64,000 nt of DNA from Eledone cirrhosa (GCA_964016885.1 OZ024743.1:48484001-48548000), one strand, 5' to 3'. Shown: positions 50,347 through 63,132, counted from the stretch's first letter. The notes: generated by a model not told the origin, from the sequence alone. Translations and numbers: made by a program.

Positions 50347-52370
50347 ATCATCACCATCATCATTATCATCGTTTAACGTCCATGTTCCATGCTTGCATGG
50401 GTTTGGACGGGAGTTTTCCCACTTGAGGCAAGAGTGGTTGTCTTGCTCGCATAGGACTGTCTGACGGGTTTTCTACAGCTGGATGCCCTTCCTAACACCA
50501 ACCACATTTACAGTGTGGGACTGGGAGGTTTTTACCGTGTTGCCTACACGGCCACATTACAGCGTGGACTGTGTGTTTTTTTGTCGTGACACCTACACGA
50601 TCTCATTTGTTTCGGCCTGGATGTTGTGGCACCAACATAACTTTACATTGAAAGGGGCGGTGTGGATGGGACGGGGGCGGTGGGGGGTGTATTTTGTTAG
50701 AGATGCCTACTGACTGTAGTAGGTTTTACTTTGTATTTAGGTAAGGCGGGTCTTCTCTATTACTGAGTACCGCCAAAGATCTCGGTCCAGTGACATTGTC
50801 TTGGAGAGGTGTAAGTGTGTGAGGTCGGAATTTATCAGGTCGTCCCAGGTTTTTCTGGGTCTGCCTACTCCGTGGCTACCGTCTATCTTTATTGCCCTGC
50901 ACTTTTTTATACAGCTGTCGTCTTTCATGCGCATCACGTGACCATACCAACGTAGCCTTCTCTCGAGTAAACAACATCTGATCCCTCTTATTTCTAATTT
51001 TTCCCTTAGTTCGTTTATGCTTTGCCGTTCGCGTACATTACTATTACACATCCAGCGGAGCATGCAAGCTTCGTTCCTCTCTAGTCTGCGTATATCCTCT
51101 GCACACAATGCCCAGGTCTCACTGCCATGCAACATTGCTGTTCGTATGCAGGCATCATACAGCCTGCCTTTCATTTTTAGGGAGAACCCTTTAGCGGCTA
51201 ATAGTGGTATAAGCTCTCTGAACTTTTTCCATCCAGTTCTGACTCTAGCTACTGTACTTTCAGAGCACCCTCCCCCACTGCTGATTTTGTCACCCAGGTA
51301 ACGGAAGCTGTCCACTATTTCTATAGAACCCTCTGCACAATTGAAAGAGCTAGTATTTTGTGGGCACTTGCTACTACTTATTGCACCAGAGCACCGGCCA
51401 CATGTAAAATCTGTGTTCTTAGTTAGCTTACCTGTGATCCCACTACATCTTTTATGCACCCATATTTTGCATTTGGGACATAAAATGGAGTTTCTACCTA
51501 CGCCTTTTCTACACACTGAGCATGGCCATTTCCCGGAAGGGACCAGCGCCTTATTTTCTTTCCTACAAACTAGAATTTTAGTCTTAGCCAGGTTAATTTT
51601 AAGGCCTTTTGATTCTAGGCGATGCTTCCATGTTTGGAATTTCTTCTTTAGCTCGGCCATTGATTCAGCTATGAGCGTTAGATCATCTGCGTATAGGAGT
51701 TCCCATGGGCAGCCGGTCTTGAACTCCACTGTTATAGCCTGAAGGGCAATAATAAATAGTAGGGGGCTAAGAACAGAGCCCTGATGAACACCAACTTTTA
51801 CGCTAAACTCTTCACTATATTCGTTGTTAATTCTAACCTTGCTGACTGTTTCTTTATACATGGCTTGTATAGCTCTCACAAGCCATTCATCAACACCTAG
51901 TTTTCTAAGAGCCCACCAGATAATGGAACGGGGAACTCTGTCGAAGGCTTTCTCTAAGTCGACAAAAGCTAAGTATAGGTGTTTACTTTTAGCTAGGTAC
52001 TTCTCCTGTAGTTGTCGTACAATGAAAAGAGCGTCTGTGGTACTTTTGCCTGATACAAACCCGAACTGCATTTCATCTAGATCAATTCTCTCTCTGATTA
52101 GTTGCGCTATTACTTTTTCCGTGACCTTCATGACCTGGTCGATTAATTTAATGCCTCTATAGTTACTCCTATCTAGGGCGTCTCCTTTACCCTTGTAGCA
52201 GTTATGATGATGCTGCTACGCCAGTCCTTCGGAACAACCCCATTCTGTATGACTTGGTTTACTATCCGGGTGACCATGGTGTGTCCTACCGTTCCAGAGG
52301 CTTTCAGCATCTCAGCAACTATTTCCGAAGGCCCAGCTGCCTTACCCGTCTTCATATCTTTGATTGCCTT
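50347..52370 (-). mobile_element. RTE PHD-family subfamily 1, longest young copy (copy D)
   Basis: Open 464-aa ORF 50737..52131 with complete RT core (QFGF, DLEKAFD, QGSVLSP, YADD), PHD insert, 3' UTR and (GAT)n tail. Confidence 0.95.
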
Positions 52371-52379
52371 TGTATATAT

Positions 52380-53878
52380 ATCATCATCATCATCATCATC
52401 ACCGTTTTACGTCCGTTCTTCCACGCTAGCATGGGTTAGACGGGTTGTCCTGTTGTGGGCAGTGTCTGGTCGGCTGACCATGCCTTGCTCATACAGGAAC
52501 TGATCTGGCTTGATTTCTACAGCTGGATGCCCTTCCTAACACCAACCTCATTTACAGTGAGTGCTGGGTGCTTTTTCGTGGCGCCTACACGTCCACTTTA
52601 CAGTGTGGGCTGGGTGCTTTTTTGCCGTTGCACCTCCACGACCACCTTGCGGTGGGGTGGGGGGGGGGCATATTGTTTATATGCTTCAGCATGTACCCAT
52701 GGGAGGTCGGGTACCCTGTATTACTGCGTGACGCCAGAAGTCACGGTCGTGTGTCATTGACTTTGAGAGGTGTAGTTGGGTAAGGTCGGCTTTTATCACC
52801 TCATCCCAAGTCATCTTGGGTCTCCCCACTCCGCGGTTTCCATCAACTTCTAGTGCTCTGCACCTTTTTATGCAGCTGTCATCCTTCATACGCATCACAT
52901 GTCCATACCAGCGTAACCGCCTCTCCTGCACGCAGCATTTGATTCCTCTTATGCTCAGTCTCTCTCTCAATTCATTTATGCTTTGTCGTTCACGTATATT
53001 ACTGTTACACATCCATCGGAGCATGCAGGCTTCGTTTCTCTCTAATCTACGTAAGTCTTCCACCTTCAGCGCCCAGGTCTCACTACCATGCAACATCGCT
53101 GTTCGGATACACGCATCATACAGTCTGCCTTTCATTCTGAGGGAGAAGCCTTTTGCAGCTAGCAGTGGTAGTAGTTCCCTAAACTTCTTCCATCCCGTTC
53201 TTACCCTAGTTATTGTACTTTCTGAGCACCCACCTCCGTTGCTAATTCGGTCACCCAGGTAGCAGAAGCTGTCTACTGTTTCTACAGGGCCCTCCCAGAG
53301 ATTGGTGGTACTTGTTTCCTGTGGCTGTTTGCTTGCTGTTTCAGCACAGCTGCTGCATGTGAATCCTACATTCTTAATTAAGCTTCCTGAGATCCCGCTA
53401 CATCTCTTGTGTACCCATTGTTTGCATTTGGGGCAAAGAATGGAGTTCCTACCTACACCTTTCCTACATACTGAGCAAGGCCATTTCCCTGAGGGGATCT
53501 GGGTTCTGTTTTCTCGTCTACTTATAAGGACCTTAGTCTTTGTCATGTTGACTTTGAGGCCCTTTCTCTCTAGTCCCTGCTTCCAGGTTTGGAATTTATT
53601 CTCTAGTTCTACCATAGATTCAGCTATGAGTGCGAGGTCATCAGCATACAGGAGTTCCCATGGGCATCCGGTCTTAAACTCCTCCGTTATTGCCTGCAGG
53701 ACTATGATGAACAGGAGAGGGCTAAGAACAGAGCCCTGGTGGACCCCAACCTGTACGCTAAATTCCTCGCTATACTCATTGCCAATCCTAACTTTGCTGA
53801 CTGCTCCCCTATACATGGCTTGTACCGCTTTCACAAGCCATTCATCTACTCCTAGTTTTCTAAGAGCCCACCAGATTA
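52380..53878 (-). mobile_element. RTE PHD-family subfamily 2 (copy E)
   Basis: 400-aa ORF 52686..53888, collinear with but clearly diverged from copy D. Own 3' UTR and (GAT)n tail, directly in tandem with D. Confidence 0.95.
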
Positions 53879-56516
53879 TACAAATCATTTCCTAGTTTAT
53901 TCAGTTCCAGTGACACACAGATATACAAGTATATATAACATTGAACCAGAGGTGGTTTCGGGAGATTTGGTATCAAAAGACTTGAAAGTGGTTGGGATAT
54001 ACTAATTTGTGCAATTATGAACAAACAGATTATCAAAAAATATTTCTAAAGATACAGTATGGAAGTCTTGGATGTATTATGACTGCTTTGTAAAAGAAAG
54101 TTACACAAAATATTATTTTCCATGTAGTTACTAATATTTCCCAAAAGACAAACAGAATGTAATTTGTTGCTCTGCTCATACACTTCAACATATTTTCAAA
54201 CACACATAAAGTATTTTGCAATTAACACTGCCTGTGATTTTGAATAATTTTGAAAATAATCAAGAATTTGAAGGTATTTAGTAATAAAACGTTCTCATTA
54301 TTAAGCTGGCATTTGGAACATAGCTTAACAAAGGTTATTACATAAAATTATGATTTTAAAATAAACAGCTTTGTATTGAATTAAAGGCAGTTTCAGGCAG
54401 TTTGATATCAAGAGGGTTAAGGAAAGACACTGTTCATGACGTTTGTATCATTTGGAAAATAATCAACAATTTGGTATGGTTTAGTAATATACCAAACTTT
54501 CTCATTATTAAGTTTGCATTTGAACATAACCCCACACAAGTTCTTACAATGATGATGATGATGATGCATGGTTTTAAGATAAATATGAACACCTTAAAAT
54601 AAGCAGCTTTGTATTGTAGAACCAGAGGTGGTTTCAGACGATTTAGTATCAAAAGTGTTAAACTGAGTAAACAATAACCAGACTTCTGTTTGTTTTTTTT
54701 TCTAAATTAAAACTTAAAGTAGCTATTTGATCATAGTAATTATTTGTTTCTGTTTTGCAATAATTATATATATTTCTTGTGCACTAATACAGAATTTTTA
54801 TTTGCCTAAATAAATTGCCTACGCAATGATCAATAAATCTAGCTCCACTTCAATACCATTAGCATAGTTTTATTGATGTTTCTTTATTAAATCTTGGTTG
54901 AAACATTTTTGCAAGCACACTTGTTCGTAATATTCTATAAAAACTGCTGCCAATATGCTAGCTGGTAAACTCTCAACTAGATTATTTTATTATTATCAAT
55001 ACTATTATTGCAGTTTGGAACTACAACTGTGGACTTTTATATACCTTTGATATTTAAAGAGCAAGTGATATGCAGTTCTGTATTTTTGTCTTTCTGCTTT
55101 AAGTTAAATCTAATTTGAAAACCACAGTAGACATGCATATGTTATTTTATGGAAATTTTAAATATTCTTAATTGAATTCTAAGCTAGTTGTTAACAAAGT
55201 GACAAGCTTTTATTGTCAAGACAGCAACAAGAATTCATACAAGTTAATGTGTTTATGAGTATTATGTACACCCTCTCCTCTTTTCCTAACATTCTCTCCC
55301 CTAGAATCAAATAGAATCTTTTACACATCTTCACTATACCACTGACCCATTTTCTCTTGGTTCATGTAATATATATATATATATACATATTCATATTCTT
55401 GTATTGTTTTGTGTATATAGGAAGACATTATCCAGTGTATTAATTCCTGTTCCTAGGAACTAGCAAAGTAATTCAAGATTGACTGTCTATGCAAATTCCT
55501 GAATATCATAGAAAAGGAGTCCATGCAAACTCTTTTATATCAATGACATAATTCTCTAAACTGAATCAATAAAACAATTGGAGGAAAAGTGTTTCAGTGT
55601 TGATATTTTCACTGCTACTTCAAAAACATTGTTTGATAGGGAGTTATTAAACAAGTACTGATTTGTTGCTCACTTCTAGCACCAACATATCCAATTGTAT
55701 CAATCATCTTTGAAAGCTAATGAAGAGAAGCCATTCATACCATTGTTCATTATTTGGTCAATTATTTATTTCAAATTCACTTAACCTCTCTAGTGTTGGT
55801 GTCTCTATAAAGTGGTAGTGCTTACACTACAATAAAAAGCACCCGATGTACTCTGTAAAGTGATAGGCATTAGGAAGGGCATTTAGCTATAGAAACCATG
55901 CCAAAATACGGAACATAAGGATAAGACGTGTCTCCTTGACTCAGCCAGTCTTAGACTGACAACTTCTGCAACCCATGCTAGTGTGGAAAACAAAACATCA
56001 AATGATGATATCTGTCAAATATAGTTTTATTTTGGACAAATTCCATCCATATGTCTCAGAGGATATTGTGACAAGCTTTAATTGTGTCTTAGTGTTATAA
56101 ATATTATGATCTCGATCACCAAGAAAATAATATATTTTTGGGTGACATTGATTTTGTTCTTCTTTGACCATCGAAGCATACAACTTTGGCACTTCTTCAA
56201 CAGAACTGGCAAAGGATTCACTGATAGATTAAGCAGCAGTATAGTACAGAGAAGCTGTTGCTGCTTCAGATATTTCCATCAATAACCTAATTCTATTTCT
56301 GACTAGGAACAGGCACTTACTTTATTATATCTAGCCACAGTCACTGGGCGTTGACATCACTCGCACGCACGCACGACATGCGATGCGTGCGCACTCACAT
56401 ACACAAATTATGCTAGGTTTTTGCTTTAAAATTTAAACTTCATTCCTTCTCTTCTTTCTCCATACAGAATGAGTGAAAAAAAAAACAAAGAACAAAGTAG
56501 CAATGTTATGTATATA

Positions 56517-57437
56517 TCATCATCATCACTGTTTAACATCCATTTTCCCACCGTAGCATGGGTTAGGTGAGTAGTCTTGTTGTGAGCAATGCCAGGTCAG
56601 GTGACAATGTCTTGGTCACACAGAACTATTTCTGGCTTGGTTTCTACAGCTGGATGCCCTTCCTAACGCCAACCTCATTTACAATGAATACTGGGCACTT
56701 TTTGTCGTGACACTTATATGACCACTTTACAGTGTGGACTGGGTACTTTTTGTCGTGACACTTATATGACCACTTTACAGTGTGGACTGGGTACTTTTTG
56801 TCGTGACACTTATATGACCACTTTACAGTGTGTACTGGGTGGTTTTTGTCATGACACCTACATGACCACTTTACAGTGTGGGCTGGGTGATTTTTGTCGT
56901 GTCACCTACATGACCACTTTACAGTGTGTACTGGTGGTTTTTGTTGTGTTGCCATCACGACCACTTTGCAGTGTGGGCTGGAGGCTTCACTGGATGTATA
57001 CTTCAGCCTGTCCTCATGGAAGTGGGTGCAGTGGGGTGGTTCATACTATATATATGCTTCAGCTTCAGTCTGTGCCTATGGGCAGTTGGGTCTTCTGTAT
57101 TACTGTGTAACGCCAAAGATCTCAGTCCTGTGTCATCGCCCTTTGTGAGGTGCAATTGATTATGGTCAGCTTTTATCACCTCATCTCAAGTGTTCCTTTG
57201 TCTCCACACTCCACGGATTCCATCGACTTTGAGCGCTCTGCCACACTCCACGGATTCCATCGACTTTGAGCGCTCTGCCACGCTCCACGGATTCCATCGA
57301 CTTTGAGCGCTCTGCACCTTTTTATACAGCTGTCATCCTTCATATGCATCACATGTCCATAGCAACGCAATCTCCTCTCCTGCACACTGCATCTGACTCC
57401 TCTTATGCCTAGTTTCTCTCTCAGTTCATTTATGCTT
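56517..57437 (-). mobile_element. RTE subfamily-2-like 3' fragment (copy G) with internal tandem expansions
   Basis: QERRLRCYGHVMHMKDDSCIKRCR; 48-bp repeats at ~56690-56980; 37-bp unit x3 at 57204-57314; (GAT)n tail. Confidence 0.85.
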
Positions 57438-57882
57438 TGGTCTCACAGAAAGAAGCAATTGTTTTGGAAAATCTGAATTCCCCAAAACAATGTTTATTGT
57501 ACAAAATATCTATTCTGGTTAGATTGAGATCCTGTTTGTATCCTATTTTATTGTTTTCTCTCCATAATCTATTGTGTTGGAGACTGCTGTTAACTGAGCT
57601 ACAATATTTATTTTTACCATCACCTTTCCATTACAATTAGTTTTACTAGGGTTGATTCTTCCTTTATACTGCTATTTTGTGACCTAGAACAAGTACAGTT
57701 AACTGTTTCTTCCTTGTCCACAGCTTTTCCAAAATACCATATTTTTTTTCTAACCCTTTTGATATCAAATCATAGGAAACTGCCCCAGTTATATGATACA
57801 AAGCTGTTTATTTTAAACTGTTTACATTTATCTAATAACTTTCTATTATAGTTTTATGTATGAACCTTTATGTTACTAAATC

Positions 57883-58066
57883 ATGGTGGATTGGCAGTAT
57901 CGGTAGAGGGTCGGACGCCATGCTTTCCAGCATAGTTACGTCCCTTTACGATCTGAGTTCAAATCCCACCGAGGTTGACTTTGCCTTCCATCCTTACGGA
58001 GTCTATAAAATAAAGTACCAGTAATGCACTGGGTAATTGCTGGCCTTGTGCCTAATGTAGAAACAA
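57883..58066 (+). mobile_element. tRNA-derived SINE with 15-bp TSD, nested in a family-A MITE (~57754-58162)
   Basis: TSD TTATGTTACTAAATC at 57868-57882 and 58067-58081; A/B boxes present. Confidence 0.88.
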
Positions 58067-59854
58067 TTATGTTACTAAATCCTTCCAAATTTTTTTTTTT
58101 TTTGCAAAATGATTCGAAAATTATAGGCAGTCTCCTTCATTAGAAATATGGTAATGAATGAGTTAATAAAAGAAGAAATAGTATTATCGGGCAATACTAC
58201 TTTTCTTGCATGCAGTAGTAGTGATATATATGAAAGAAATAACTACATTTGGGTATGAAAACTGAATTATAAACTCTACTTGCAAAGAAACTAAGCTTTA
58301 CATTGTTAACTATCCTTGTTCAAATTATTCACTCTAAAGTCAAACTGACATTGTAATGGTCTAAGGAAGTGGAGTTCTAATGTACTAATAAGGAAGCTGT
58401 GAAACAACTGAGTTTTGGTAGGATTCAACTAATCTTTTCATCTAGTTTAATTTTAACTCTGGGATAGTCTGTTAGCTTGGTTTTATTTTAGTGGACTTGA
58501 AGTTTATCAATGTTTATCTCTTTCTTCATTGGCTTAATGGCTAATTTGTTGGTTAATCCATAACTTTTCATTCCAAGCATTACTTTGGTTTTCAATGAAT
58601 GTCCAATATAAATAATTTACTGACATAGTATGAAGTGCAGAAAGCTCTGACAATATTTGCCTTAATCTTTAGTAAATACACTCTGTGCTGTTTATGTGTA
58701 AGTAAAAGGAATGGAAGGATTTTTTAACTGTTGACCAATCTAGGCTCGCTTTTTTTCAAATTAGTTGGATAGCTTTCATTATTTTTTTTGTATAGATAAA
58801 ATCTAGAAAATGTCTCACATATCTAATTTACGTTAAATTTATTCAAATGTATTGAATAAGTTTAATATGTTTTCTTTTCCCTTTTAAACTAAAATATTAA
58901 TTATTTTTGTTAAAGTATTTCTTGGTATTTCTTTTTTTCTGACAAATAGAATGTTTTAACCTGTTTGATAGCAAACTGCCTGAAACTCTCCCTTGTTCTA
59001 TGATCTAAGCTTTTAATTTTTGAGTGTTTATATTTACCTTTAAAAAACCTTGAAATTTTGTTAAGCTATCATCCAAACACCAACATAATTAAATTCTTCC
59101 AAATTTTTTATTATTTTCAAAATTATTTGAAAATCACAGGCAGTGTATTTCATTAGAAATATGGTAACAAAGGGATTAATATAATGGTTTTTACTATATT
59201 CAAATCATCTTCTTGACTGTAGTAGATATTCTTAAATGTCCTCACCATCAGAATGGTTTTGTAATTTTTCCTGTCTTTTTTTTTTTAGATCTAATCTTTT
59301 AAAAATGTAAACTTATTTGGAAATAATACTAAGAAAGTTGATATTCTTGAGTCAGTATCATCATACTACAATATAATAATGGATGGTTTATTTGGTCTTG
59401 GGAGGCAAGAAATTACTTTATTTGCTGGCTTTATTTTGTTTATTGACTACTCATTGTAAAGTCATATTTAGAAGAGCATCCAACCATAGAAAACACACCA
59501 AAACTGAAATGTTTGTGAAACATGACTCCTGGCATATCTAGGAGGACAGTAGTTCTAATTAAATACTGGCTTGGTCTGTAATGACCTATCCAACCTGTGA
59601 CAGCATAGAAAGATGGATGTAAAATGAAGATAATGAGTACAGTTCACTTCCACTCTTATTAGTATTAGTTTCATAATTAAGATAGTATACAAAAGACTTC
59701 AGAATGACTACTAGACCATCAATCTTTACTACACAAGAACAGTTTCTTTTATGTTCTGATATAGAAAGATGATTCTCAAAAGTTTAAAAAAGATTCACAT
59801 AAATACTGGAATTTATCTTGTATAGTTACCAATGTTTATCTTTTCTATCTAATG

Positions 59855-59885
<31 letters not shown>

Positions 59886-60859
59886 GATAATAATGATGAG
59901 CTGCGCGTTGCAAATGGGGTGCATATGAAAAAGTAAGTCCTTCATCAGTGACCCTCCAACCGTCCCAGGCATTTCATCGCTTTAAGGGCCATATACCTCA
60001 GGTTGGTGCGAACAACGGCTAAAAAAAGTCGTTGGGACACGTAAATAAAGGGGACGTTAGGGTAACAAACAAAATGGTTTAAGCAACGGAAAGTGAGAAG
60101 AAAGAGACAAGTCCCAGATTTCTATGAATATAAACTCGGTGAAATCGTGAACAAGAGACAAAAGACCATCAAACCTGGTTGAAATGTGAGCAAGGAAGGA
60201 ATTTCGCACAGGTCTAACGGGGGGAAGAAGAAGAAGAAGAAGAAGGGGTCTGGTCTACGAATTCGGTAAACATAAGTTTTGTGAAGTCGCAGACGAAAGA
60301 GAGAGAGAAAAGAAATTTCATACCGGCTTGACCAAGAACGCGCGAGAAAAGAATTACACACAGGTCAAACTGGAAGAAAGAGGAGGAAAGAGGAGAGGTA
60401 GTGACAGAATGAGTGAGTGAAAGTTGAGGAGGAGGCTAACAGAGAGAGAGACTGCTAGAAAGGGTAAAGATACAAAGAACGAAACAGATATATATATATA
60501 TATATAAAGAGAGAGAGAGAGAGAGAGAGAGCAAGCGAGAGAAAGTGGAATTGAAAATAGCACGAAAAATATATTTAAAGAATCTGTTTATCTTTTTTTT
60601 CTTCTTTGATCCATTAAAGTGACATCATTGAAAAAATGAGAGGAATAATTTTGTTTTAAAAAAAGGAGTTTTATAATGTATATAAAATATAACTGGTTTC
60701 GATGTATCAGTGTGATCCATCTTTATCCATCATATTACAATTAAAAAGAATTTAAAAATTTTAAATTTTAAATTAAGTGTTGAAGATCTATTCATCTTTC
60801 TTGTTGAGAAGAAGACTGGGTCTAAAATGGAGAAAGAAAAAAAAGTTTTTTTTAGGTAT

Positions 60860-60901
<42 letters not shown>

Positions 60902-60902
<1 letters not shown>

Positions 60903-61451
60903 CATCATCTTCATTTAACGTCCATCTTCCACGCTAGCATGGGTTAGACGGGTGTTGTCTCACTTGGGCAAGGTTGGTCGGGTGACCGTGTCTCGCTCAT
61001 ATAGGACTATCTGGCAGGTTTTCTACAGCTGGATGCTCTTCCTAACACCAACCACATTTACAGTGTGGAACTGTATTACCTAGACGGCCACATTACAGCG
61101 TGGACTGTTTGTTTTTTTTGTCGTGACACCTACACGATCTTGATCTCATTATCTCATTTATTTCGACTGGATATTGTGGTACCAACTTTACAGAGGGAAC
61201 GTGGTGTTGGTGGGAGTTGGAGGATAGGGTAAGTGTAGTGGATTGGGGTGTATATTTGGTTAAGAGGTGCCAACTGACTGTAGGTTTCACTTTGTACATA
61301 GGCAAGGCGGGTCTTCTGTATTACTGCGTAGCTCCAAAGATCTCGGTCCAGTGACATTGTCTTAGAGAGGTCAGAATTTATCAAATCGTTCCAGGTTTTT
61401 CTGGGTCTACCTACTCCATAACTACCATCAATTTTGATCGCCCTGCACATT
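60902..61451 (-). mobile_element. RTE PHD-family 3' fragment (copy H)
   Basis: CRAIKIDGSYGVGRPRKTW...DRDLW plus 3' UTR and tail. Confidence 0.85.
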
Positions 61452-61457
61452 TTGTAA

Positions 61458-61780
61458 CATCATCATCATCCTTTTACGTCCACTTTTCCCTGCTTGCAAG
61501 GGTGGGACGGGAACTGATTCTGGCTGGATGCCCTTCCTAACACCAACCTCATTTACAGTGAGTGCTGGGTGCTTTTTTGCCGTGGCACCTCCACGACCAC
61601 TTTGCAGTGGAATGATATGGATCCCAGTCCCTATCATCTCATTTCTACAGCTGAGTAAACTGGAGCAATGTGAAATAAAGTGTCTTGCTCAAGGAAACAA
61701 CACATCACCCGGCCTGAGAATTGAACTCACAACCATTTGATTGCAAGCCCAATGCTCTAACCACTAAGCCATGTGCCTCC
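61458..61780 (-). mobile_element. CORE-type SINE with RTE tail, copy 2
   Basis: Near-identical to 49961-50303, with (GAT)n tail. Confidence 0.85.
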
Positions 61781-61795
61781 ATATGTATGTATGTA

Positions 61796-61866
<71 letters not shown>

Positions 61867-61867
61867 G

Positions 61868-62198
61868 AAAAGAAAAGAATGACTTCACGTGTAGTTATAA
61901 ACAATTCGATTTAATTTTATATCGTGATTTGACAATTTGGTTTTGTAGATCTAGTAAGTTCTTTGTTAACTTTGGTGGGGAGATTTTTAAAGATTCCTGG
62001 TTTACTTTATTGCAGAACGATCGCCACCGATGAATGTGAAAAAGTTCTCCAGGAAAGTTAATCAGGAATCTTTAAAAATCTCCCCACCAAAGTTAACAAA
62101 GAACTTACTAGATGTACAAAATCAAATTGTCAAATCATAATATTATAAAATTAAATCAAATTGTTTAGAACTACAAGTGAAGTCATTATTTTCATTTT
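61868..62198. mobile_element. Fold-back element with ~140-bp arms next to (TA)n, probably Penelope pLTR-type
   Basis: Arms ~61868-62008 and 62054-62198 (roughly 90% complementary). The spacer contains CCGATGA...GAAA. Confidence 0.65.
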
Positions 62199-62248
62199 TT
62201 TAAATATACCTAACTGTACCAAGGATTTCACATATTTTCCAATATAAT

Positions 62249-63132
62249 GAAAAAGTTCAGAGAGCTTATACCACTATTAGCTGCTAAAGGGTTCTCCCTA
62301 AAAATGAAAGGCAGGTTGTACGATGCCTGCATACGAACAGCAATGCTGCATGGCAGTGAGACCTGGGCGTTGTGTGCAGAGGATATACGCAGACTAGAGA
62401 GGAATGAAGCTTGCATGCTCCGCTGGATGTGTAACAGTAATATACGTGAACGGCAAAGCATAAACGAACTAAGGAAAAAATTAGAGATAAGAGGGATCAG
62501 ATGTTGTTTACTCGAGAGAAGGCTACGTTGGTATGGACACGTGATGCGCATGAAAGTCGATAGCTGTATAACAAAGTGCATGGCAATAAAGATAGACGGT
62601 AGTCACGGAATAGGCAGACCTAGAAAAACCTGGGACGAGCTGATAAACTCCGACATCACACACTTACACCTCTCCAAGACAATGTCACTGGACCGAGACC
62701 TTTGGCGGTACTCAGTAACAGAGAAGACCCGCCTTACCTAAATATATAGTAAAACCTACTCCAGCCAGTAGGCATCTCTAACAAAATACACTCCGTCCCA
62801 CCACCCCCACCCCCACCCCATCCACACCACCCCGTTCTATGTAAAGTTATGTTGGTGCCGCGCCATCCAGGCCGAAACAAATGAGATCGTGTAGGTGTCA
62901 CGACAAAAAACACACAGTCCACGCTGTAATGTGGCCGTGTAGGCAACACGGTAAAAACCTCCCAGACCCACACTGTAAATGTGGTTGGTGTTAGGAAGGG
63001 CATCCAACTGTAGAAAACCTGCCAGACAGTCCTATGCGAGCAAGACAATCACTCTTGCCTCAAGTGGGACTACCCCCGTCCAAACCCATGCAAGCGTGGA
63101 ACACGGACGTTAAACGTTGATGATGATGATGA
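62249..63132 (+). mobile_element. RTE PHD-family subfamily 1, 5'-truncated (copy I)
   Basis: ORF 62247..62741 shares diagnostic residues with copy A (KVDSC, HGIG, DELINSDIT, SVTEK). 3' UTR and (GAT)n tail. Confidence 0.93.

Noticed and set aside
55400-56500. Possible extra exon or pseudogene (ORF 55998..56192; acceptor-like CAG at 56467; small CpG-rich patch 56350-56395)
   Set aside because: No B56 or other recognisable homology, there are stop codons, and no convincing donor site.
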